A DNA stretch of 50,774 nucleotides from an uncultured Pseudomonadales bacterium (GTDB lineage: Bacteria > Patescibacteriota > Microgenomatia > UBA1400 > MFAQ01), in contig CAZPFY010000002.1 in NCBI GenBank assembly GCA_964586045.1, forward strand, positions 5,833 to 56,606, written 5' to 3'. Each line of letters opens with the position of its first letter. The stretch's first letter is position 1. Position numbers and translations under genes: made by a program. The notes under the pieces are model-generated. The model was not told the origin of the DNA. It saw nothing but the letters and a program-made list of their open reading frames with translations, and made no database searches. Below are positions 9,619 to 17,290 of the stretch, in pieces.

Positions 9619-10056
9619 TTAGGCGGGTAGGGAGTCGAGAGCAAGATTAACTAGTCGGTCAGCATCTTTGTTTTTTTCTCGAAGAACATTGACAAATTTT
9701 AGATCTAAAATTTGTTTGCTCAAATTTAGTTGACCAATTAAATCCAAAACTTGAGTTTTTAAAGCCTGTAAATGGGGTTGTTTAACTTTGTAAATGCCGG
9801 TTATCTGCTTAACGATTAGTTCAGAGTCCAATACAAAAGTAATGTTTGGCGAAAATATTTCATTTTCTTTTAAATATTTTAAGGCATAGATAACGGCTTG
9901 ATACTCAGCTTCGTTGTTAGTGGCTACACCAAGATATTGTGAAATAGTGAAGACTTCCTGGCCAGTAGAGGTGGCATAGACTCCAATGGCAGAAGGCCCA
10001 GGATTGTTTCTGGAACCTCCGTCGGTGTTAATTTGAAGAACATCAATTGTTTGCAT
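9619..10056 (-). CDS. rnhA: Ribonuclease HI
   Basis: TDGGSRNNPG, TNNEAEY, DSELIVKQ, REKNKDADRLVN catalytic motifs. Confidence 0.92.
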   Translation of the reverse strand: MQTIDVLQINTDGGSRNNPGPSAIGVYATSTGQEVFTISQYLGVATNNEAEYQAVIYALKYLKENEIFSPNITFVLDSELIVKQITGIYKVKQPHLQALKTQVLDLIGQLNLSKQILDLKFVNVLREKNKDADRLVNLALDSLPA

Positions 10057-10077
10057 GAGGATATTTTACATTAACGA

Positions 10078-10109
10078 AGAACTCAAAAACCCAAGGAATC
10101 AAGAATTTA
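10078..10109 (+). repeat. 8-bp AAAACTCA-family array (intergenic)
   Basis: agaactca aaaaccca aggaatca agaattta; a single inverted unit follows at 10116-10123. Confidence 0.65.
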
Positions 10110-10139
10110 AGATATTGAGTTTTTTGTATGAGTTGTCAA

Positions 10140-11267
10140 CTATTTGAAGAGGGCGAGAGAGAGAAGGAGAATTAGTTTGTTTTGGGGAATAGTTAGCCAA
10201 TAATGGTCAAAAAGACTAATGACAAGAACAGCCAAAATGACGGGTAATTTTTTTTGACTAAATTTTTTGATTAAAAAATAAAGTAAACAACAAACAAAGG
10301 GAATTCCAATCTCAACAGCAAGTAAGAGGAGGAGGTTGTGAATTGGCTGGAGATAACTTAGGGTGCTCATTGACCCTGGTAGTAGATTTTTAAGCACGGT
10401 GGGGTAGTTTCCAAAGCCAGAGCCATAGATAAAATAATGAGAAGGGATTTTAAGATAGTTTGAAATCATTGTGGAGCGAGAATCAAAACTATAGAGCCCG
10501 GTATGAAGAACAGGAATAAAAAGTTGAAAAATGGACAAGGCAACAAAAATTAGGTAGATTTTATTATCAATTTTGAACCTAGCTAGAGAGAAGATAAGGG
10601 AAAAAAGCGCTGATTTGGAAAAGGTAAGAACTAGAGATAGAAGGTTAATAATTTTTATAAACAAAGGAGAGAGATATCTGTCTAAAATTAAATAGGTCAA
10701 AATCAAGTATCCGGCAAGTGAGTTGGGGTGTGAAAAAATTGAGGAAGGTCGAATAAGGGGAATGTTGTTTATGTTTAATTTTGGTAAATTAGGGGTTGTG
10801 GCCGAAAAATAACGCTCGCCAAAATAATAGAAAAAACCACCTAAAGACCTTTGAAGAATAAACTGAGCTAGCTGAATAAATACAACCAAAAAGAAGCTAT
10901 AAATAAATGGAGAGGAAATCTTTTTCCAAAGATTTGGAGTTTTGGACAAAATTATATAAAGAGAAACATACTCAAAGAGCCTTAGAAATTGAAGGAAGGT
11001 GTTGGGAAAATTAAGAGACATGTAAGTATTAAGGGAGGCTGCAGCAAGAAACAAGAAAAAACTATTGATATTGCTTTGAAATACTTTTTGAAGTAAGCGA
11101 TAATTTAAAAACAGGTAAACAAAGATAAAAATATCTGTTAAATATAGGGTGGGGGAATAGTAGTCATACCGGATACCATTTAGCCTGGCGAAGTTTGGCC
11201 AAAAATGAAGACCCAGTTGAGTAGGAAGTAGAAAAACAATGATTTTTAGGAGAATATCTTGAACCAC
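10140..11267 (-). CDS. O-antigen ligase-like (Wzy_C) polytopic membrane protein
   Basis: Many TM helices; RPSSIFSHPNSLAGY, LTFSKSA, GSGFGNY, PIHNLLLLLAVEIG motifs. Confidence 0.8.
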   Translation of the reverse strand: MVQDILLKIIVFLLPTQLGLHFWPNFARLNGIRYDYYSPTLYLTDIFIFVYLFLNYRLLQKVFQSNINSFFLFLAAASLNTYMSLNFPNTFLQFLRLFEYVSLYIILSKTPNLWKKISSPFIYSFFLVVFIQLAQFILQRSLGGFFYYFGERYFSATTPNLPKLNINNIPLIRPSSIFSHPNSLAGYLILTYLILDRYLSPLFIKIINLLSLVLTFSKSALFSLIFSLARFKIDNKIYLIFVALSIFQLFIPVLHTGLYSFDSRSTMISNYLKIPSHYFIYGSGFGNYPTVLKNLLPGSMSTLSYLQPIHNLLLLLAVEIGIPFVCCLLYFLIKKFSQKKLPVILAVLVISLFDHYWLTIPQNKLILLLSLALFK

Positions 11268-11269
11268 AA

Positions 11270-11297
11270 GTAGATTGTAGATCTTAGATCATAGATT
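11270..11297 (+). repeat. 7-bp tandem array (NNAGATN family), copy 3
   Basis: gtagatt gtagatc ttagatc atagatt. Confidence 0.65.
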
Positions 11298-11307
11298 GTG
11301 GAGTGTT

Positions 11308-11769
11308 TTAGGAGGAGACGGGGATGATGACCATTTGACGAAGGGGAGGAACACCACGAGATTCAGTTTTTACTTGAGGGTTTTCGGAGAGATACATGTG
11401 AACAATTCTCCTTTCGTAAGAACTTAGGTTGGGGAGGATAATTTCTTTGTTAAGAGAGACAGCTCTCTCGGCGGCACCATAAGCCAATTCCTTAAGAGCT
11501 TCTTCTCGACGCTCTTGATAGTCGTTTACGTTAAGGTGAATTTTGGGCCAAATGCCGAACCTTTGAAAGAGGATCAAAGAAAAAATCATTCTGATTGCTG
11601 TAAGACCCTCACCGTGGTGACCAACAAAAACTCCAGCTGACTCAGTAGGAAGGCTTAAAGAAACATTAACATTGTCGCCTTCTTCACAAGAGACAACTAT
11701 TTGATCTTCTGTGAGAGATAGCTGAGTGAGGATGTTGGTAAGGATTTCGGTAACTTTTGATTGATCCAT
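11308..11769 (-). CDS. jag: Jag/KhpB/EloR-like RNA-binding protein (KH + R3H, no Jag_N domain)
   Basis: VGHHGEGLTA KH-like loop, YERRIVH R3H motif; lies downstream of yidC. Confidence 0.85.
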   Translation of the reverse strand: MDQSKVTEILTNILTQLSLTEDQIVVSCEEGDNVNVSLSLPTESAGVFVGHHGEGLTAIRMIFSLILFQRFGIWPKIHLNVNDYQERREEALKELAYGAAERAVSLNKEIILPNLSSYERRIVHMYLSENPQVKTESRGVPPLRQMVIIPVSS

Positions 11770-11770
11770 A

Positions 11771-12529
11771 TTATTTATTATTTAATAGACGCAATTTAAT
11801 AAGAAACGGCTTGACACCTCCCCAACCTGAAAAATAATACTGCTGAACAATTGAAAACAGTGTAGAAACAACCCAATAAAGAACGAGTCCTGTTTCAAAA
11901 TTAAATGAAATGACAAGCGTCATCAATGGCATCATATAAAGCATTTGCTGTTGCATAGTTTGAGCCATTTCTAAGTTGTCCTCTTCTTTTTTCTTCTCAT
12001 CTTTTTGTTTAGGGGCCTCAACGTGAGACTCGACACCGGATTGCATCATGAGCGAAAAAATAAACTGGGTTAATCCAGATAAAATCGGAAGAAGGTAGTA
12101 ATACCATAAATGCGTCTCAGAGGCTTTTTTTGTGAGATCAAGATATAAAAAGTATGGGTTCATTGCCAAACCTGAAATTGAAGGTTGTTTGAGAAAATTA
12201 ATAAAAACATTGTAGAGAGAAATAAGAACAAGGATTTGAATTATTTGTGGTAAACAGCCAGCCATGGGATTGATACCTTTTTCTTTATAGAGGGCCATTT
12301 GGGCTTCTTGAAGTGCCTTTTTGTCGGCATGTTTACCTTTTAACTTGTCAAGTTCTGGCTTAAGAAGCTGCATTTGCTTGGCGGATTTCATTGAAGGAAT
12401 CATTAGGGGGAGAACCAAAATCTTTATGAGGATAGTAACTGAGATTATGGAAAGACCCAAGTTTCCGCCGAAGATTTTATAAAAAAAGGAGAGTAATAAG
12501 TAGAGGGCATTAATTAAGGGTTGAAGCAT
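11771..12529 (-). CDS. yidC: Membrane protein insertase YidC (short form)
   Basis: LGLSIISVTILIK, LKPELDKL, LYKEKGINPMAGCLP, GLVLYW...QQ. Confidence 0.95.
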   Translation of the reverse strand: MLQPLINALYLLLSFFYKIFGGNLGLSIISVTILIKILVLPLMIPSMKSAKQMQLLKPELDKLKGKHADKKALQEAQMALYKEKGINPMAGCLPQIIQILVLISLYNVFINFLKQPSISGLAMNPYFLYLDLTKKASETHLWYYYLLPILSGLTQFIFSLMMQSGVESHVEAPKQKDEKKKEEDNLEMAQTMQQQMLYMMPLMTLVISFNFETGLVLYWVVSTLFSIVQQYYFSGWGGVKPFLIKLRLLNNK

Positions 12530-12530
12530 A

Positions 12531-12761
12531 TTAGTTGATTTTATCAGGTACGGGGTCGTGTCCGCCTTTGAATAGAGGATTGCATCTTAAAAAGCGACCC
12601 AGTCCCAAAAGACTACCTTGAATAATACCATGTTTGTAAACAGCAAGTTTAAAATATTCAGAACAAGTGGGAGTAAAACGACAACCGAAGGAATTACCAA
12701 AGATGGCTTTGCCTAGGGAGTGGTAGATGGGGGAGAGATATTGTTGGTAGATGTTGAACAT
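12531..12761 (-). CDS. yidD: Membrane protein insertion efficiency factor YidD
   Basis: CRFTPTCSEY...HG...RFLRCNP...GGHDPVP; synteny. Confidence 0.93.
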   Translation of the reverse strand: MFNIYQQYLSPIYHSLGKAIFGNSFGCRFTPTCSEYFKLAVYKHGIIQGSLLGLGRFLRCNPLFKGGHDPVPDKIN

Positions 12762-12769
12762 TTTGTTCT

Positions 12770-12809
12770 AGAACTTAAAAACTCGAAAACTCAAGGAATC
12801 AAGAACTCA
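12770..12809 (+). repeat. 8-bp AAAACTCA array between rnpA and yidD
   Basis: agaactta aaaactcg aaaactca aggaatca agaactca. Confidence 0.8.
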
Positions 12810-12824
12810 AAATAATGAATTAAT

Positions 12825-13160
12825 TTATAGTTTGAGTTTGGAGAGGAGGAGGGAGAAGGATGCACGAAGTTCTGATGGCATGATTGGAGCTGTAGTTTTT
12901 TTGGGAAGAAAGAGATATTGGTAAGGTGGGAAAGAGGAGAGATTCTCTTGAATTAGCTGGAGAAGCTGGCGACGAATAAGATTTCGATCGTGGGCTTTTT
13001 TGGCTACTTTTTTGCTGACACTGACAGCAAAGAGAGCAAATCCTTGTATTTCCTTAAGAACAATAACCTGAAAGTAGGGGGTGTGGATGCTTATACCGGC
13101 ATCAAAAAATCTCCCCCTGGAGTCTTTAAGGGAGAGCCTGTTTTGTTTAGATAAGGCCAT
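12825..13160 (-). CDS. rnpA: Ribonuclease P protein component
   Basis: FAVSVSKKVAKKAHDRNLIRRQL (RNR motif); synteny. Confidence 0.9.
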   Translation of the reverse strand: MALSKQNRLSLKDSRGRFFDAGISIHTPYFQVIVLKEIQGFALFAVSVSKKVAKKAHDRNLIRRQLLQLIQENLSSFPPYQYLFLPKKTTAPIMPSELRASFSLLLSKLKL

Positions 13161-13161
13161 A

Positions 13162-13302
13162 TTATTCGACAGCTAAATGTAATCTACCTTTGGCGCGGCG
13201 ACGTTTGATTACATTTTGACCATCGTGGGTAGCCATTTTGGCTCTGAAGCCGTGTTTACGGATTCTTTTGACTTTCTTTGGTTGATATACACGTTTTGGC
13301 AT
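13162..13302 (-). CDS. rpmH: 50S ribosomal protein L34 (absent from the supplied ORF track)
   Basis: Manual translation [46 protein letters not shown]; divergent from dnaA. Confidence 0.97.
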   Translation of the reverse strand: MPKRVYQPKKVKRIRKHGFRAKMATHDGQNVIKRRRAKGRLHLAVE

Positions 13303-13346
13303 GAGGGTATTATATCTTAAAAGTAGCAAGTTTGAACTTGCAGGCG

Positions 13347-13383
13347 GAGATTGCTTCAGTTTGAGTACAAAATTCGCAATGAC
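13347..13383 (+). repeat. REP/RPE-like element
   Basis: gagattgcttcagtttgagtacaaaattcgcaatgac. Confidence 0.75.
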
Positions 13384-13418
13384 GAGGAGGGTTTTGGGTA
13401 ATTTGGGGGTTGTAAAAA

Positions 13419-13427
13419 TGTGGATAA
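13419..13427 (-). promoter_or_regulatory. Perfect DnaA box upstream of dnaA (probable autoregulation)
   Basis: tgtggataa = TTATCCACA on the - strand. Confidence 0.75.
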
Positions 13428-13449
13428 GTAATGAGAATGGAACTTGATT

Positions 13450-14829
13450 ATGGACAATGAATCACTTTGGCAATCGATATGTGGAGAACTGGGAGTAGTG
13501 CTATCTAGCGCCAATTTTAGCGCGTGGATAAGGCCTTGTTTTATAAAAGCGATTAGCCAGATTGACGAGACAAGAATCCTTATTGAGGTAGAAACACCAT
13601 CGTCTTACCACGTGCGAACAATAGAAGACAAATTTTATATTAACCTAAAAGAGGCCGCAGAAAAAATAACAAAGAAGAGGTGCGACGTGGCTTTTATCGT
13701 TGGAGAAAAAAAAGAGAAGACTGCAGAAAAAAATGAAAACACTAAACCGGGAGAGGAAGAATTAAAGCTGGAGCTTTTTAAGCCAATAAGTAAAGACTTT
13801 GAAGCAGGGACAAATCTTAGTTCAAAATATACCTTTGATTCATACATGGTGGGTAGTTCCAACAGGCTGGCTTTTGCAGCAGCAAAATCAGTAGTTGATT
13901 TCCCAGGATCGCGACACAACCCACTATTTATATATGGTGGGGTTGGGGTAGGAAAAACCCACTTGATGCACGCTGTGGGACACGAGTTAGTTAAAAAAGG
14001 GGTAGGAAAAGTGGTCTGTATAACAAGTGAGCAGTTTACAAATGATTTAGTAGCCTCCTTTAAATCCAAAATGACAGAGGCATTTAAAAAGAAATATCGC
14101 CAAGTGGGAGCTTTGCTTATTGACGATGTTCAGTTTTTTGGAGGAAAGGATTCGACGCAAGAAGAATTTTTTCATACTTTTAACGAACTAACCAGTAAGT
14201 CGGCACAGATAGTAATGACAAGTGATCGAAAACCACAAGAGATAGTAGGGTTAGAAGATAGATTAAAAAGCAGGTTTTTGGGAGGAATGATGGTAGACAT
14301 AGGCTTACCTGATTATGAAATGAGACTTGCCATTCTTAAACAAAAAGCTTCAGAGTCTGGCGCTTTGGTGGAAGAATCGGCATATGAGCTGATGGCAAAT
14401 AGAATAGAAACAAACGGCAGGGAACTAGAGGGAACATTTATGCGACTTATGAATGCGGCAGAAGCAGACAAAAAACCTTTATCTAAGGAGATTGTTCAAC
14501 AAGAAATGGGTTTACCAGCAAACTCAATTAAATCGATAAAGGTGCGACCCGTAAAAGTAATATCTACAGTAGCAAAATATTTTGACTTTAAAAATAAAGA
14601 ATTGCTTGGCTCAAGTAGAAAGGCTGACTTGGTAGTAGCGAGGCACATTGCCATGTATATATTAAGAGATACCCTGGGAATACAACAAGCTAAAATTGGA
14701 GAGATAATGGGGGGGAGAGACCATACGACAGTAATACATGCTGTAGAAAAAATTGATGCCGAAATAAAAGCCAATAATGCAGATACAAGGCGAAAAGTAA
14801 TGGCAATAAAGCAAGCGTTATTCACATAG
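13450..14829 (+). CDS. dnaA: Chromosomal replication initiator DnaA
   Basis: [22 protein letters not shown] (Walker A), [30 protein letters not shown]; ATG at 13450. Confidence 0.98.
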   Translation: MDNESLWQSICGELGVVLSSANFSAWIRPCFIKAISQIDETRILIEVETPSSYHVRTIEDKFYINLKEAAEKITKKRCDVAFIVGEKKEKTAEKNENTKPGEEELKLELFKPISKDFEAGTNLSSKYTFDSYMVGSSNRLAFAAAKSVVDFPGSRHNPLFIYGGVGVGKTHLMHAVGHELVKKGVGKVVCITSEQFTNDLVASFKSKMTEAFKKKYRQVGALLIDDVQFFGGKDSTQEEFFHTFNELTSKSAQIVMTSDRKPQEIVGLEDRLKSRFLGGMMVDIGLPDYEMRLAILKQKASESGALVEESAYELMANRIETNGRELEGTFMRLMNAAEADKKPLSKEIVQQEMGLPANSIKSIKVRPVKVISTVAKYFDFKNKELLGSSRKADLVVARHIAMYILRDTLGIQQAKIGEIMGGRDHTTVIHAVEKIDAEIKANNADTRRKVMAIKQALFT

Positions 14830-15095
14830 TTATTAGAAAGTTGTTCACTGGATGGGGATAAGTCTGAGAATTGGGGAGAAACACAGAAGTTGTTTACAAA
14901 ACGTTTCCATAGAATTTAACAGATATCAGAAACGTTTTGAGATCGTAGACAGTAGGTTGTAGGTTAAAAGGGTTGGTGAATGGATTAAAAAATAGTTGTT
15001 AACAGCGGGGTTAGGCTCGAGGTAGGCACGATGTTCACATATCCACAGACTCTACTAACTATTACTATTTTTTATATAAATTAAATATTATTAAA
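14818..15095. other. Putative replication origin oriC (DnaA boxes, DnaA-trio-like tract, AT-rich unwinding element)
   Basis: ttattcaca 14818, tggggataa 14853, ttgtttaca 14890, ttgttaaca 14996, atgttcaca 15031 and atatccaca 15039, then ctactaactattactatt (15052-15069) and an A/T-only run to ~15095. Confidence 0.8.
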
Positions 15096-15120
15096 GAGAG
15101 GGCAATGCTAGAATAAACTC

Positions 15121-16236
15121 ATGAAAATCAGTGTTTTATCCACAGACTTAAAAAAGGCTTTAAATGTAGTTTTTCGAGGCATCAGCAGTAAACCCCATTT
15201 ACCTATTCTGTCGGGAATGTTGCTTAAGGTAAAAGACGGACAAGTAAGCATTGAGTCAACGGACTTGGAAATTAGTTTTTGGGTAAGCGTGGCGGCGAGC
15301 ATAGAAGAGGAAGGTGAAATGGTGGTTCCAGCAAAACTGTTTGTGGATTTGGTTTCGAGTTTTTCGGGAGAGAGAGTGGAGTTGGAAACGGCCGACCATA
15401 GATTGAAGGTTAAATCTAAAGGGGTCTCATCGGAGCTTGTTTGCCAAAGTGTAGAGGATTTTCCGGTAATTCCTCGATTTAAGTCTTCAGTAATAAAAAT
15501 TGAGTCTTCTGAATTTAAGCAAAGAATGGAAAAGGTAAACGTGTCGACAGCCAAAGAAGATACTCGGCCTATTTTGACTGGAGTTTTATGGGAATTTAGA
15601 GAAGGTGAGACTCTGTTGGTGGCCACTGATGGCTTTCGTCTGGGTATTGAGTCCCTTACTACCAAAAAAGTATCTGAGAGCTTGCTAGGAAAGAAATACA
15701 TTATTCCTTCTCGTTCCTTGTTGGAAATTTCGAGGTCGATTGCAGAGTTTGGGGTGGAGGATTTTGGTATTGAATTTGATGAAAAAGGAAAGCAGGTAAT
15801 TTTTTCTTTGGGCTTGTTGGAGATTAGTAGTAGATTGTTGGAAGGCGAGTTTCCGCCTTATCAGCAAATCATTCCAAATACTTATAAAACAAAAATTAAT
15901 ATTTCAAAAGAGGAACTTCTTTCTGCTGTTAAAAGAGCAAGTCTTTTTGCTCGAGATAATGCTAATGTCATTAAGGTTTTTGTGAGTAGTGATGGTTTGC
16001 AAGTTTCGGCGGAGAATAGCCAAATTGGAAGTAATGTAACTACGGTTGAGGGCGAGGTGGAAGGGGATGGTTTGACCATGGCGTTTAATGCCAAATACTT
16101 GGTAGATTATTTATCGGTTGTAGAGGGTGGGTTTGTGGAGTGGGAAACGGAAGGGGAGCTTAAGCCGAGCGTGTTTAGGGATACAAAAAATATTAGTTGG
16201 CTACAAGTGATAATGCCGATTAGGGTGCAGGGGTAG
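15121..16236 (+). CDS. dnaN: DNA polymerase III beta sliding clamp
   Basis: STDLEI, EDFP, RPILTGV, ATDGFRL, SRLLEGEFPPY, FNAKYL, IMPIR. Confidence 0.98.
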   Translation: MKISVLSTDLKKALNVVFRGISSKPHLPILSGMLLKVKDGQVSIESTDLEISFWVSVAASIEEEGEMVVPAKLFVDLVSSFSGERVELETADHRLKVKSKGVSSELVCQSVEDFPVIPRFKSSVIKIESSEFKQRMEKVNVSTAKEDTRPILTGVLWEFREGETLLVATDGFRLGIESLTTKKVSESLLGKKYIIPSRSLLEISRSIAEFGVEDFGIEFDEKGKQVIFSLGLLEISSRLLEGEFPPYQQIIPNTYKTKINISKEELLSAVKRASLFARDNANVIKVFVSSDGLQVSAENSQIGSNVTTVEGEVEGDGLTMAFNAKYLVDYLSVVEGGFVEWETEGELKPSVFRDTKNISWLQVIMPIRVQG

Positions 16237-17287
16237 TCTTTTGTTTGACTGAAACAACATATTTAGCAGGGTATTCAACAACTCCTTTTGTCGCCACTGT
16301 TCCGTCTATTATAAAGACAGGAATTATGGAAGCATTGTTTTCTTGATAGTATCCGACACTGACATTTTTGACCTTGACGTCTACTGTTTTTGCCGAGGAT
16401 AGTTCTTTTTCTGATCCGAGATCTTTAGCGTAAGTTATTCTTATTGCCTCTTTCCCAGCAAATTCTTTTAGTTTTTCATAATCAGGAATCTTAGTCGAAC
16501 TTTTTTGGGAAACAGCTTGAAATCCTCCATAAATATTAATCAAGAATAAATTTTTGGTAGTGTCAATTGTGATTGTTATTACTTCACCAAATCTAGATCT
16601 GGTAACAAGAGGGAAGTTGCTTATTTTTTGTCGATAGCTAACAGAAATAAGATTGTTGTCTTTTGGATTTGAGATTAGCGGTTCTTCTTCTACTGATTCG
16701 GGCTTTTTTGTTAGGTAAACTACCCCCGGATTTTCATCCAAGGAATTGACTAAATCGCTATTTATCTTCTCAGCTATTATTTTTTTTGATATTTCTATTG
16801 CTTCGTTGTAAGAAATGTCATTTTGGTGTTGAGGGATGTTACCCGTAAAACTGTATCCTATTTGATTTTGATCAATCGAACCAAATAACATGCCTGATTT
16901 GTTTATCCAGAGATATGTGCCAGGTTCTGTTTCGGAAATATTATCTTCACTTAAAAAATTAAACTTATTAGCTAGACTTAGAATATTTGCTGTGTTAACA
17001 AGTGGAGTGGAGATATAATATTCTTCCATCGACTGAGGTAGGCTTGGAGTGTTATTTGTCCAAATAAAATTTATTAATTGATCAGCGTTAAAAATATTTT
17101 TTTGCTTGGATGAATCTGTGGTTAGTGCTTTAGAAATATTTGGCGAAATAAGGGGAACTGTTTCTGTTTCCTTATTGTTTACTTTTGTTCGAGGGGTTAA
17201 GAGGATAATAATTATTACTGGCAAAGCTAGGACAAAATAATATAGATATTTAAACTTTGGGCTTGATGTGATTTTTTTTAAATTCAT
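16220..17287 (-). CDS. Single-pass membrane protein with an extracytoplasmic domain; last gene of the T4SS-like operon
   Basis: N-terminal TM helix; starts 3 bp after the M23 gene stop; overlaps the dnaN 3' end by 17 bp. Confidence 0.7.
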   Translation of the reverse strand: MNLKKITSSPKFKYLYYFVLALPVIIIILLTPRTKVNNKETETVPLISPNISKALTTDSSKQKNIFNADQLINFIWTNNTPSLPQSMEEYYISTPLVNTANILSLANKFNFLSEDNISETEPGTYLWINKSGMLFGSIDQNQIGYSFTGNIPQHQNDISYNEAIEISKKIIAEKINSDLVNSLDENPGVVYLTKKPESVEEEPLISNPKDNNLISVSYRQKISNFPLVTRSRFGEVITITIDTTKNLFLINIYGGFQAVSQKSSTKIPDYEKLKEFAGKEAIRITYAKDLGSEKELSSAKTVDVKVKNVSVGYYQENNASIIPVFIIDGTVATKGVVEYPAKYVVSVKQKTTPAP

Positions 17288-17290
17288 AGT

